The position numbers and the translations under genes were made by a program. Under the pieces are notes generated by a model that was not told where the DNA came from, did no database searches, and saw nothing but the letters and a program-made list of their open reading frames with translations. A stretch of 64,000 nucleotides of DNA. Source: the human T2T-CHM13v2.0 reference genome, Homo sapiens. The DNA is taken from assembly GCF_009914755.1 (NCBI RefSeq), contig NC_060937.1. One strand, given 5' to 3'. Positions 43,426-58,900 of this stretch are shown one piece after another. How positions within the stretch are numbered: the stretch's first letter is position 1; the number at the start of each line of letters is the position of its first letter.

Positions 43426-43649
43426 CAGGTTGAGTATCTCTTATCCAAAATGCTTGGGATGAGAAGTGTTTTGGATTTTGGTTGGATTATTTATATTAGA
43501 CTTACCTGGTTGAGTATCTCAAGCCAGAACATTTAAAATCCACAATGCTGCAGTTAGCATTTCCTTTGAACATCCTGTTGGTGCTCAAAAAGTTTGAGGT
43601 TTTGGAGCATTTGAGATTTCAGATTTTTGGATTTGGGATGCTCAACCAG
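43426..43649. mobile_element. Tigger4/MER46-like MITE inserted in a MIR
   Basis: Terminal inverted repeats CAGGTTGAGTATC / GATGCTCAACCAG with TA on both flanks. Confidence 0.85.
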
Positions 43650-44027
43650 TATGATGATTAATTATTTGATACATATAAAACATTTAGAACAGTGCCTGGT
43701 GGTATATATTAAGTGCTATACAATTATACATTAAATTTAGTGTATATTTTAATGTGACATTTATATTTAGTATTTAATTTATATCTAATTGATTTGTTAT
43801 CACTTTTTAATTCTTTGAGTTAACTAAGAAGTGTTGCATTCTAAATTAGGGATATATATATCAAAACTAATTGATTGGAAGTCAATGGTACTATTTATAC
43901 TAAAAGAGTAGGATCCTTATCAGTAGATAGAGACATACAAGAATAGTCATACTACATCTATGAAGTGTCAATATCAGGCAGCAGCTTCAAAGCCAAAATG
44001 GTGTTTGGATGTAAAGTGGAATTTTAA

Positions 44028-44037
44028 TTTTTCCTTC

Positions 44038-44070
<33 letters not shown>

Positions 44071-44127
44071 TACATATATATATATATGTATATATGTATA
44101 TATATATATATATATATGAAGGAAAAA
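44028..44127. repeat. Palindromic (TA)n microsatellite
   Basis: Symmetric interruptions and inverted unique flanks. Confidence 0.95.
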
Positions 44128-46564
44128 AGATCCCATCTATAGCCTTTTTTTTTTTTTGCCCTTTGTGTAGTTATTTCTTGGTCATTTTTTGAAACAAGAC
44201 TTGCTGAAATTTGCTTTTTATTTATTTTTCTTGTTTTTAGTGGAATAACTTTTAAGCAATTAAATAATTACAGATTTTTAGACTCTGAGACTAATTGAAG
44301 CTGACTGAAGGAAAAGGCTTATCACAGGTTCTGAGGTTTTGTGGAAGGCTTAGAAGTTTTGAGCTTTGCTTATCTTTTATAATAGTTTGAAGGCTTTTCA
44401 TACCCTTTTTAGAATTTTGTATTTTTAGTATGCACTTTTAGATTAAAGGTGCAATGATGCACAATTTTGAGTCACTACATTTGGTAATTGCTTACATTTG
44501 CAATAATGTAGTATTGTTATTGGAGTAATACATAAGGTTTATATAACACTTAACAGTTTACAAAGTACTTTCATGCAGCTCATTTAAACCTCGAGGTGGA
44601 TAAGAAACCCAAGGCTTACAGGGATTGGGTCCATATTCAGTTCTCTGACTCCAATTGTACTACTTTTACCTCTAGCATGGTTGTATTTACTGGCACAATA
44701 TAAAAAATAGAAGCTATAAGATGTGTAATTCTTAAGAAGAGATGGTGTTAAGGTAACTAATAATTTATGAAAGCATAAAGTTTAAAAGATTTAGAGTATT
44801 TCATATCCTGTTGGAAAATTGTCTTAAAATGAGTAAAAGGAAGACTCTTTCCTAGGTGAATGAATAATTCATTATAGCCTTTTTTATTATAGAATTAAAG
44901 TTACAGTTTATATAATTGCCTAGGTTTAGCCTTAAAAAATTGGACACTCTTCTGATTATTGATAAATGGAGATATTAGACTGAGGTGGCCAGTAATATTT
45001 TTTGATTCTCTGACCAGGAAAGTAAGGGAACTCATTATCACTGTCTTCAAATATTTAAAGAAATATGTTCAGGAGGGATTAGACTTTTTTCTAAGATGAT
45101 GGAAAATACAAGGAGACATATTTAGCCTCAGTATGAGGGAAAATTCTAACAAAACTGTCTAACAATGGAATGGACTGCCTCAAAACCTAGCGGAGGAGCC
45201 TCTGGCATTAGAGGGGCTACCACAGGATGGAGAAGTGCAGTACTGGAGCAACAATAAAACTAGATAACTCTGATTGCTAACACCTGTGGAATTCTGTAGT
45301 TCTAGAGTGAAGCTAGAAGAGCTGGCTTGCCACATCAGTTTATGTTGAATTTCTTCCGTTCATAATTTGAGGGAAATAACCTCTGAAGAATAATGTGAGA
45401 TTAGGTGAAACACTATATATAAATGTTTTAGAAACATTCTGTATATCCAAGATAGTAATGTTTATTCTGTACCTTTCAATATCTGCATCAGAAAACTTCA
45501 TATTACAACTACTTGAAAATATATACTTACTTGAGGATGAAAAGAATATAATTTTTTATTTAAGATACTATCTGTTACTGAAAGGATATTAAGTAATCTG
45601 AGATATAATTTGATTTATGCCATTTGAAAACTTTTCCTTTAAAATTTGTGCTCTATTTGCATTTTTAACAGTGATTGTATTTCATTTCAAACCATTTAGA
45701 TTTGATGTATAGCTAACTCATATTAATATTAGCTGTATAGTTACTACATATCATAGGAAGTGCCAGTTAATCAATGTATCGACTTTGCATATGTTATTTG
45801 AATGCCTTAGAAATGTAGATATTGCTCATGCAAATTGATTGGTAAGCTAAAGAAATGTAGATCTAGTCTTAATTTCAAATTGTTTGTTAAGCATCAAAGC
45901 AAGAGAAAAATCACAGGCTACTGTGAATTGTACTTTAATTTGTTCTTATCTTTTTTCCCTTCCTTTTAATCGCCTAGGCTATTTTCCTGCATTATTCATT
46001 TTTAAACTTTTAAAATCCAGAGTGGGTTAAAATGCTTATTTTACTCAAAGACTGTTTACACTGCACTGTTGAAACATCAGATTATCAAGTTCAAGTCTTT
46101 AAGGGAACATCTCTTTTGACATCTTAAAATTTAACTCGAAAAGAGTTTCTTTAAGCTGTTAGGTGTAAAAATATTTTAACTTTCTTATTTCAAATTTTAA
46201 AAACTCATACATATCAGTTCATGTATTCATTTCATTCAGACAAGTATGCAATGTGCATATACTGTATACCAGGCATTGTGCTAAGTGCTGAGGCTTCTAA
46301 GGTGAACACAATTTTTGGTCTTTAGATAGTTGAGATTAAGAAAGTTGTGCTTTTAGTCACTGTTTTCTTTGCCGATAACTGAGCACATTGTCACAAACAC
46401 AGGCATGGTCACTCTTTGTCCATTATACCAAACATTAAGCCTTGAATTATATTGGATAAATGTTCTCTTATATAATTTGATGTTATTTGTATGTGTTTAT
46501 GTATACATGACTGATTTGTTTGACTACTAATGTATATAATACCTATTTTTCCCTCCTATTCCAG

Positions 46565-46640
46565 GCACCAAGTATAGATGAGAAAGTAGATCTTCATTTT
46601 ATTGCATTAGTTCATGTAGATGGGCATCTCTATGAATTAG
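46565..46640 (+). CDS. UCHL3: UCHL3 exon 7 ([25 protein letters not shown]), contains catalytic H169
   Basis: cctattccag acceptor; 76 nt; UCH HFIAL...LYELD motif; donor TAG|gtaaga. Confidence 0.98.
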
Positions 46641-46913
46641 GTAAGAACTATTTTAATTTGTCCTGGGGAGAGAAATGGTAAATGGGAAAGTCTCTACTTA
46701 TGATAAACAGGACTATTGATATTTATTGTGTTTACTTAAATTAACTGATTGCCTATAAAATTGATTTGACATAGCGACAGTTTTCCTTTTAAGACAGTTT
46801 ACTAGAAAAATGTTATTTTATGTTTAAGCAACTTATAATTCAAAAATGTTTGCATACCATCTTCGCATTTTAGCAAAGCAAGAAAGTAAAAACCATTACA
46901 GGGAACTGCTTCA

Positions 46914-47312
<399 letters not shown>

Positions 47313-50300
47313 TCACTAGTTTTCAGGGTTTTGTAATGTTCCTGTGATTTTTTAAAGACTTTACAGGAGCCTTTGTTTTCTTCAGGCATATGTCAGAGTA
47401 CCCATGATTAGTTACTTGGTATTTTGGCTTATACCTGTACTTTTTTTTTTTTAAGTTTACCTTTCAGTGGACTATTTCATGGCATGTTGGAGGAGATCAC
47501 ATAATTTACTCAGACAGAATAAACTTCTTGTAATTTTTTCATAATTGGTATACAATACTTATTATGACTTCTTCTTATTCTTTTCCATAAGACCTTCTCG
47601 AGTTTTAAAAAAGCCAAATAAACAACAAAAAAGAGAAGTTCTTTTCAGTAATTCTAGATACCGTGAGTTTTGGTTCTATTACCTCTCATTTGCTGTCTAT
47701 ATATTACCTTGTCACATTAATTTTAAGTTGTATAAAGATAGAAGATTTTGAAAGAACACAGATTGTGACTGTAAATGTGATCCATAAAATTTAGGTGGAT
47801 TTTGTGTTTGGAATATTAGCAACAGATCGCATACTTTATTAAAAAGAAATGGCCCTATCAAAGGGGACAAGGAAAAGAAAGAACATAGTATTTATAAAAA
47901 TGTGCAACCCTGAGCGTTGTCTACAATACTAGAGTGATTTGAGGAGTAATAAAACTTAAATGAGAAGAAGTCATTATTTTGGTGGTATATAATGGACCTC
48001 CAGGACAGTTTTGAAGATGTGCCTTGCTGATTGAGTCTACAAAATCTGCAGAGATAAAGTATAACAGTGATTGGGGACTTCAGATGTCTGGGTGGTTGCT
48101 GGAAGCAGATTTTCTACTCTGAATTGTGAATAGTAAATAATAACTAGTGGAAGAGGAAATAAAGAGTGCTGGGACTTAACAGACACATTCTGTTAACTTC
48201 AAGAAAGTAGATTTGGCCAGAGCAAACATATGTAGGATTCATAACCAGAGACTATAAATCTGATTGTGACTTTCAGAATGAGAGACTTACAGAGCAAACA
48301 ATAACATCTAAAATATATTTAAACCAAAAGAAAACCTCTCTAATGATCTCAATGGGAAGGAAAGAGTTATCTTAAAAAAAAACTCGGTTTTACTAGTTAG
48401 ATAGCTGTCTTGGCTCAGAGGCTAAAAGGGCAGTTAGAAGGAAGGACATATATCAAGGGTAAGCTACATATGAAGAATGATGCTCTTTTGGAGCATGCCA
48501 AGATCAACACAAAAGGATTTTAAAATTGGTTTGAAGTAAGAACTTCATAAAACAAAGGCAGAACTACTGAGGTCTTGTTTGGTTTAGATATTCTTTATCA
48601 AGAAGAATGATCTGATGGAAAATTAGAAGCCTACTGGAAATTAGATTTTTTAAATGAGTTTAAATAATTTCAGAGTGGTAAAGAATAGCCATAATCTTTG
48701 AGATGTCAGAGCAATAATAGGTACATTACAAAGATGGGCAGTTGCTGATTCATTGCAAAGGAAACTGGCAGTAACTCTGATGCAGATCTAATAAATTCAA
48801 AAGGAATATTGAGCAAGAAGAGTATTGAGTTAGTGAGTAGAAAATAGTGATTAAGAGATTAGCACTGGGCACAGTGGTGTGTTCCTGTAGTCCCACTTTC
48901 TGTAGTGGGAAGCTGAAGCACGATTGCCTGAGCCCAGGAGTTTGAGGCTACAGTGTGCTATGATTGCACCTGTGAACAGCCACTACACTTCTGCCTGGGT
49001 GACATGGCAAGATGTCATCTCTTAAAAAAAAAAGAAAAGAAGACACTATATAACTTTTAAGAAAGAAGTCATTTCAAAGTTCAATTTGCTCTCTGTGGGT
49101 TCTTGCATTGGTAGATTCAACCAACTGTGGATTGAAAGTATTAGAAAATAAATACCAATACAACAATAAAAAACAAATTTTGAAAACAACATAACAACTA
49201 TTTACATAGCATTTATATTGTATTATGTATGATAAGTAATCTAGAGATGATTTAAAGTATTTGGAATTGTGTAGGTTATATGCAAATACTATACCATTTA
49301 GGTAGAGTATGTCAAGGGGCTTGAACATCTCAAAATTTTGGTATGAGATGGGGCCGGTGTCCTGGAACCAGTCCCCCACAGATATGGAGAGATGACTGTA
49401 ACTTTATTTTTAAAAATAAGGCTGTATGATTGTAGACATTGTGCAAGTTAATTTCTATAGGATATCTATATTTAACAGAGAATGGTGGTAGTCTTTAATG
49501 TATTAATTCCCTACTCTAATAAATTGTAAGGTTAACCAATGAAAAGGACTGAGTTATTTCTCTTTTGTTATCACCCTCCCTTTTCCTTGGGGCCTCATAT
49601 AGTTTCTGGCATATGTAAAGGGGAAGAAGTACATATTTTAAAATAGATAAAATGACTCCTTGTGGATATAGAGTAGAGCATTGGGATTTAGAGGTGGATT
49701 TGGAACTGATTGAACAATCAGATTAAAAAACCATTAACTAATAAATTATTGTCTACCTGAAGTAACAGGAATACTTTGAAGCAGTTTTAGAAATTTTATT
49801 TTGAAGTAACTTAAGATGTTTGTAGAAGTTACAGAAATAGTATACAGAGCTCCCATACATCCTCCCACAGATTACCCAGATTCAATTCATATTTCTGAGC
49901 CATTTGAAAATAAGTTGAAGACATGATGCTCCATTATCTTTAAAACTTCTGTGTGTATTTTCTCAAAACAAGTGGATACTCTCCTACATAACTATAGTAT
50001 GAATATCAAAATCAGGAAATTATTATAACATTGATCCAGTATTATCTGATCCACAGACCCCATTACAGTTTTCCTGATTATCACAATAATGTCCTCTATT
50101 CAGGAGCCAATCCAGGATTATGTGTTGAATTTGTCATGTTTCTTTGTCTCCTTTAATCTGGAACAGTACCTCAGAATGCTTTCTTGTCTTTCATGACTGT
50201 AACATTTATTTTAAGAGTATAGGGCCAGTTACTTTGAGATTATCCTCCAATTTAGGCCAACTGATTTATCCTCATGATTTATGCATTTTTGGCAGGAATA

Positions 50301-50747
50301 ACTGCAGAAATAATGCTGCGTTCTTCTCAGTGCATCATATCGAGAGGCACATGATGTCAATTTGCCCCATTACTGGTGATGTTTAGTGACTTTTAGGTAG
50401 TTTCTTCACAATAAAGTTAAGAAGTATGTCATGCAGTTGCTCATCAAGCTTTTATCCTCCAGATTTTGCATCCATTGATTATTCTTGACTGGATTATCAT
50501 TATGACTATTGCCAAATGGCAATTAAAAAAAAATTCCCCCAACATTAGAAGCTTTCCTTTTCCTCTCATTTATTCATTTATAATCAGAATGGACTCATGG
50601 ATTCCTACTTTACTTGAATGATTATAATCCATGATATCATGTATTTTTATGCTCAAATTACTGCAGACTTGGCCTTTGAAAGGAACCCCTTCAAACTGCA
50701 GCCTTGATGTCCTGGGCTCCAGCAATCCCCTTGTCACAGCCTCCTGA

Positions 50748-50957
<210 letters not shown>

Positions 50958-51039
50958 TGAGTTTGCATAGCATTTGAAAATATGGCATTCTGTTCTTTTA
51001 TGTATGTAGAATTTCCTCATTTTAAGGATAGTAATAATA

Positions 51040-53401
51040 CAGGAATACCTCATTTGACTGTACTTTACATATATTTCATTTTTTACAAATTGAAGGTTTA
51101 TGGCAATCTTGCTTTGAGCAAGCTTATTGGCACCATTTTTTCCAACAGCATGTGCTCACTTTGTGTTTCTGTGTCACGCTTTGGTAATTCTCCCAACATT
51201 TCAAACGTTTTATTATTATATCTGTTATGGTATCTGTGATCAGTGATCTTTGATATTACTACCATAATTGTTTTGGGATGCCACAAACTATACCCATATA
51301 TGCTGGCAAACTTAATTGATTTCATGTATGTGTTCTGACTGCTCCATTAACCAGCCATTTCCCCATCTCTTTTCCTCTCTTTGAACTTCTCTATTCCCTG
51401 AGACACAATAATATTGAAATGAGGCCAGATAATAACCCTACAAAGGCCTGTAAGCATTCAAGTCACACGTCTCTCACTTTAAGTCAAAAACTAGAAATGA
51501 TTAAGCTTAGTGAGGAAGGCATATTGAAAGCCAGGATGGTCTGATAGCTAGGCCTCTTGTGCAAAACAATAAGCCAAGTTGTGAATGCAAAGGAAAAGTT
51601 CTTGAAGGAAATTAAAAGTGCTGCTCCAGTGAACACATGAATGACGAGAAAGCAAAACAGTATTATTGCTGATATGGAGAAAGTTTGAGTGGTCTGGATA
51701 GAAGATCAAACTAGCTACAACATTTTCTTAAGCCTAATCTGGAGCAAGGCCATACCTCTTTTCAGTTCTGTTAAGGCTGAGAGAGGTGAGGAAGCTACAG
51801 AAGAAAGGTCTGAAGCTAGCAGTTGGTTCATGAGGTTTAAGGAAAGAAGTCATCTCCATAACATAAAAGTGCATGGTGAAGCAGCATATGCTGATGGAGA
51901 AGCTGCAAGTTATCCAGAAGATCAAGCTCAGATCTTCCGTGAAGGTGGCTACGTAAACAACAGATTTTCCATGTAGATGACTAGCCTTCTCTTGGGAAGA
52001 AGATGCCATCTAGGACTTCTGTAGCTAGAGAGGAGATGTCAACACCTGCCTTCAAAGCTTCAAAGGACAGGCTGATTGTCTTGTTAATGCAGATGGTGAC
52101 TTTCAGTTGAAGCCAATGATCATTTGATATTCAGAAAATTTTAGGGTCCTTAAGAATGATGCTAAATCTTCTCTGCCTATGTTCTATAAATGGAACAACA
52201 GAGCCGGGATGATAGTATATCTATTTATAGCCTGGATTACTGAATCTCTTAAGCCCTCTGTTGAGACGTACTGCTCAGAAAAAGATTCCTTTGAAAATAT
52301 TACTGCTAATTGACAATGCACCTTGTAATCCAAGAAGTCCGATATAGATATATTTACAAAGAGATTAATATTTTCATTTCTGCTAACACAGCATCCATTC
52401 TGCAGCCCATGGATCAAGGAATCATTTAGACTTTCATTTCTTGTTATTTAAGAAATACAGTTTGTGAGACTATAGCTGCCACAGTGATTGCTTTGATGGA
52501 TCTGAGAATAGTAAATTGGAAACTTCCTGGAAAGGATTCACCATTTTAGATGCCCTTAAGAACATTCATGATTTATGGGAAGAGCTCAAAATATCAACAT
52601 TAACATGAGTTTGGAATAAGTTGGTTCCAATCCTCATGGATGACTTTGAGGGGTTTAAGACTTCATTGGAGGAAGTAACTGCAGATATCATGAAAATAGC
52701 AAGAAAACTAGAATTAGAAGGGGAGCCTGAAGATGTGACTGAACTGCTGCAATCTCATGATAAAACTTGAACAAGTAAGGAGTTGCTTCTTAAAGATGAG
52801 CAAATAAACTGATTTCTTGAGATGGAATCTACTCCTAATAAAGAAGTCATGAACAGTGTTAAAATGACCACAAACCATAAAGGATTTAGAAGATTACATA
52901 AATGTAGTTGATAAAGCAGCAGCAGAATTTGAGAGGATTGACAACATTTTTGGAAGAAGTTCTCCTGTGGGTAAAGTGCTGTCAAACAGCATCACATGCT
53001 ACAGAGAAATCTTTCATAAAAGAAAGAGTCAAATGTGGCAAATTTCATTATTGTCTTATTTTAGGAAATTTCCACAGCCACCCCAATCTTCAGCAACCGC
53101 CGTCCTGATCAGTCAGGAGATATCAACATCAAAGCAAGCCCCTCCATCAGCAAAAAGATGGCAACTTGCTGAAGGCTGAGATGATCATTAGCATTTTTAG
53201 GAATAAAGTGTTTTTTAATTAAGGTATGTATATTGTTTTCTTAGACATAATGCTAATGTATACCTAATAGACTACAGAGTAATATAAACATAACTTTTAT
53301 ATGCACTAGGAAACAAAAAAATTTGTGACTCATTTTATTGTGATACTTGCTTCATTGTGGTATTCTGGAAGCTAACCCACAATATCTCTCAGGCATGCCT
53401 G
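51040..53401 (+). mobile_element. Near-full-length Tigger1 DNA transposon with decayed transposase (ORF on + strand)
   Basis: TA-flanked termini CAGGAATACCTC...AGGCATGCCTG; about 2.36 kb; fragments [32 protein letters not shown] and [16 protein letters not shown] match Tigger1/TIGD1-type transposase; many stops and frameshifts. Confidence 0.92.
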
Positions 53402-53480
53402 TACATTTTTTAGAAGTTTTAATTTCTGTATAGTCTCTCTTTTTTAAGCCTGTACATTTTTTAAAAGTTTTTATTTCTGT

Positions 53481-53847
<367 letters not shown>

Positions 53848-54619
53848 TCATTCACGTCGTTGGCCATTGTTGGGTATTTGACAGTAGCTGATACTCAGTT
53901 ATCTGCACCAAAAAGCATCTCGTGATGTTTGTCATGTCGCTTGTCTCTTGTACAACTCTGTTGTCACCTTTCTCTGGGGGCTTGTGATCACACTATGCAA
54001 AAAACAAGTTCTGAATGAATTGGTTAGTTACTACCAAAAAGTCAGGCCACTATTTTCTTCCCCGTCCAGCCTGGAAGTGGCACAGCCCGTTTGGACTGGG
54101 GTTTTTAGGTTACATGACCCATGTACAAGGTGCAGCTTTTTCCTGCCTCTTTTAGAAGGGGCCTGTAAGTGTGACAGTCTCTGAGCCTCATGGATTCTTC
54201 TGCAGCGTATGCATTTACTGAAATTACACGCAAAGTTGTTGGCAAGTGACAGTTTTGTGGTAGTAGTGTTTGGAACAACAGCAAATTTTACATTTTATTG
54301 TTTTGGCAAAATTTTTCTGTGAAGGACCAAGTAGTAAATATTTTAGGTTTTGTGGGCTACATACTGTCTTTTAAAAACATAAAAACCAGTCTTAGCTTAA
54401 AGGAGGCATTAAAAATGCACTGAGGGCTGGATTTGGCCCATGGATTAGAATAACAGTAAAAATCATAATTAATCTTTGTTCTATACTGCTATTATAAAAA
54501 TAGACTGTACGGTTTTGACATTTCAGGATCAGTTGTTTAACAATCTTAGTCTATAATAATTGAAATTAATTATATGTTACTTTAAACAGCTGCATTCGAA
54601 GGAAAATTGCTCACTGCCA

Positions 54620-55105
<486 letters not shown>

Positions 55106-56419
55106 GAGGCCCTGTCTCTAAATTAAATAGAAGAAAGAAAAATACAAAAGGAAAAAATATATATTAATTTATAATTTGGTTAGGGAGGGAACAGCCTACA
55201 TTGTTTACTTATACTTTTGCCTTTATGTAAACATTAAAAAATAATACAAAATGGGGTGGCACATAATGAATGTGATAGTCATATAAACATAGAATAGTCT
55301 ATTGAAGAATAAGCATTTACCACAAAAGGATATTTTAAGACATTTTATGATATATTATTGAGAAATATACATTATAATTTAGAAAGATAGTATAAGTTCA
55401 TAGAAATATGGATAATTAAGTGTTCATGTGTAATATAGTTACAGGAAAATATTTCCTAAAGGTTCTTAGAAACTTTAGGAATTATGTCCCAGGCATTGTA
55501 ATTTAGGGATAAGTTTCTTTAGGATTTTGAATATTTATCTCAATGTTAGTCCAAAAATAGGAATCACAAATTCTGATGATATAATTTATAGAAATTAATA
55601 TTACTTTTTATGGAGATGAATTTATGTGTTGATTTTCATTCATTTTTTTAAAAAAAATCTAACAACCAAGTCTATTACTAGATGCATATTCAGAAATTTT
55701 TATTATGGTTAGAAACCATGGAATCGTAGAAGGGGCTGTGTTTTATGGATTGAACTTAATGAAGAGCCACTTACAAGACATCTGAGATTATGGATTTGGA
55801 TATATAATTGTCAGTTGACTTTGGGTTAGCATGAGTTTAAATAATTCTGGACTTCTTAAAAAATAATATTGAAAAAGTACTAGTTTATTTAAGTTGATTG
55901 TGAATTTGCTTATTTTGGTGGTCAGTAAAATAACCCTGGGTTATTTGGATTATTCCTCTATATTACTGCATTGATAGTACACAGTTAATAGTAGTATTGT
56001 ATAAGCCATGACAGTGTAGCTCCCTTTCATTGTTTTAAACATGTCTGTCTTACTTGAGATCTTCCTATTTAAAGTGAAAAAAGAAATTTTTTTAATTTCC
56101 AAGGATAAAAGCTGGGGTGATAATTTTTAAAAAACTGACAATAATTTTGCGTATTATTTTCAGGAAACGAAAGCCAGCATTGTAATAAATTCCGTTCATG
56201 AAGATAATTTAGGCTTTCAAATATGGAAGCAAAGTTCTAACTAATAACCTTTAATAAAAAATATTCATGGTAGCACATTAAAACATTTGTTTTAGGATAT
56301 ATTATTGAAAATGGCTTTTAACTTTTCTTGCCTCACTGGGGGAAGAGGAAAATGGAAGTTGAAAGCACATTATCCTGTAAAAACAGCTAAGCATTCAATT
56401 GTTTGTCTGTTTTCCACAG

Positions 56420-56478
56420 ATGGGCGGAAGCCATTTCCAATTAACCATGGTGAAACTAGTGATGAAACTTTATTAGAG
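56420..56478 (+). CDS. UCHL3: UCHL3 exon 8 ([20 protein letters not shown]); catalytic D184 codon split between exons 7 and 8
   Basis: ttttccacag acceptor; 59 nt; donor GAG|gtaaca. Confidence 0.98.
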
Positions 56479-56875
56479 GTAACAGTAACACTTGTTGGCC
56501 CATCTTCATCAATATTTTGTCATCTTTAAAACATCTCTAAAGGTCACTTGCATAACATTTTCTTTGTATTTGGATACTTCTTTATCCTTGTTCTCTCTAG
56601 AAAATCCAAAAAGAAAATTTATATTAGTGTTAAAAATCTACAACAAATAAAGAGGTTTTCACAGCTCTATGAACAAATGTAAAATTTGAAAAGGCAAGAA
56701 TAGTATTGAAAGACTTGCTCATTATATCCCAGATTTCATCAAATCCAGGATACCATTAATTGTATCTTGATCCTGATTTTAGAGATTTTAAAACATGAAT
56801 AAATTGTGTGGCTTAGAATCAATGAAACGTGATTTTTAGTTGAAAAGTTTCTTAATAGCATTTTAAGAACACTTA

Positions 56876-57217
<342 letters not shown>

Positions 57218-57379
57218 TTAGGGCACCCATGTTCACTTTTCTGGTGTTCTTTATTTCTCATTTGGAAAAGGAAGTTTGCAGTGTAAAATTAGTATGAATT
57301 AGAAAAATATGAAATGTTTATCATTTGTAAGTAAAACACTTTTACACTGAAAAATCATACTTTTTTTTTTCCTCCATAG

Positions 57380-57463
57380 GATGCCATAGAAGTTTGCAAG
57401 AAGTTTATGGAGCGCGACCCTGATGAACTAAGATTTAATGCGATTGCTCTTTCTGCAGCATAG
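57380..57463 (+). CDS. UCHL3: UCHL3 exon 9 coding part (DAIEVCKKFMERDPDELRFNAIALSAA*)
   Basis: T-rich tract plus ccatag acceptor; TAG stop at 57461-57463; total CDS 693 nt. Confidence 0.98.
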   Translation, partial: DAIEVCKKFMERDPDELRFNAIALSAA

Positions 57464-57562
57464 CTTGTCAATAATGGAAACACCAAAAACTGTATTATTT
57501 GCAACTAAATTTTCTCTGCCATACACTAACTCAAAAATTTTGATATTTTCATTAACTTGATG

Positions 57563-57568
57563 ATTAAA
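57563..57568 (+). terminator. UCHL3: Polyadenylation signal ATTAAA of UCHL3 (short 3' UTR)
   Basis: ATTAAA about 100 nt after the stop, followed by a GT/T-rich downstream element at about 57598-57620. Confidence 0.75.
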
Positions 57569-57779
57569 CTTTATGTGAGTTAAACTTTGCCTTAACCTGT
57601 GTTTTATGTTATTTTTGCTCCAGGTTAAAGGTGCAATGCTTTCCTCCTCTTTTCTTGTGAAGGATTTATCTTGTTTGAAAACTAGCAATAGCTTTCTTAT
57701 TCTTTTTAGATTTTACAGGAAATTTTGTATTGGGATACTAGGCACAATTTCCATCTGCATAACATGAATATATATTATC

Positions 57780-58900
57780 TATGTTAACATGTTTATTTAG
57801 AAAACATTTGTGAAGCGTCTACTTGTAACGAGATGGATGCCATTCTGGGTTCAGAAGTTAAAGCATAGAACGCTGTTGAAAAATGTGATAGTTATGGAGC
57901 TTATGTTATTGTGAGAAGAGATAAGTAACAAACACATCAAGATAAATACCAATGATAGATGCTGTGTGGAGAATTAAAATAGGATTTATGTTAGGGAATG
58001 ACCGAGCAGCTACTTTAGATTTTGTTGTCAGGGAGGCTTCTGTGAGGAGGTGACTTTAAAGTTGAGATCTGAATGACTAAGCCTGTCATAAAGGTGGTGG
58101 GGAAGAGCAGAAGAAGTAATGAATGTGGAGTCCCTAAAGTAGGAACATCTTGCTGTATTGTAGGACCAGGAAGGAGGTTCAAGTGGCCAGAACATAGAAA
58201 GTAATAGGGAAAGTAGCAAGAGATGAGGTCAGAAAAGTAGGGGCTTTTTGATACAGGAAAAGGCATTTGGATTCATTGCAAATGTGATGGTAAGCCATTG
58301 GAGAACTTTAAGCAGGACAGGAACTTGCTTTGATTTGTAATTTTAAAAGGTCCCTCTGACAACTCCATGGATAATATATTGAGGATGGGAGCAAGAATAG
58401 AGGTAGAAAAACCTGTGAGGTGCCCACTGTAGTTGTTCAGTGGGATGATGATGGCTGGGCCTTAAAAATGGTAGATTAGATAGAGGCCAGGTGCAGTGGC
58501 TCATGCCTGTAATGCCAACATGTTGAGGCATGCAGCCAGGAATTTGAGACCAACCTGGGTAACAAAGTGAGACCCCATCTCTACAAGAAAAAAAAAAAAA
58601 TGCCGGACATGGTGGCATATGCCTGTAAGTCCTAGCTACTCAGGAGGCTGAGGCGGGAAGGATTGCTTGAGCCCAGGAGTTTGAGGCTGCAGTGAGCCAT
58701 GATTGTATCACTGCTCTCTAGACTGGGTGATGGAGGGAGACCCTGTCTCAAAAATAATAAATAAATTTAGATGGTGGTACATGAGTGAATTTTGGTTGTG
58801 CTTTGAAGAAGGAAGGGCTTCAATTGAGTCTTTAAGGATATGTGGAAAGGCAGTAGAAAAGTGAAAGGGCATTTATAGAGTTGGGCCAAAACACAGAGTT
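57780..58900. mobile_element. L2 fragment with nested AluJ (about 58485-58765, +)
   Basis: gtcagggaggcttctgtgaggaggtgac..gatggtaagccattggag..tttaagcagg is L2-like. Confidence 0.7.

Noticed and set aside
47780-48800. Possible L3/CR1 remnant
   Set aside because: Only faint motif resemblance; needs an HMM search.
51689-53179. TIGD1-like protein gene
   Set aside because: Fragmented by stops and frameshifts inside a TIR-bounded Tigger1 fossil.
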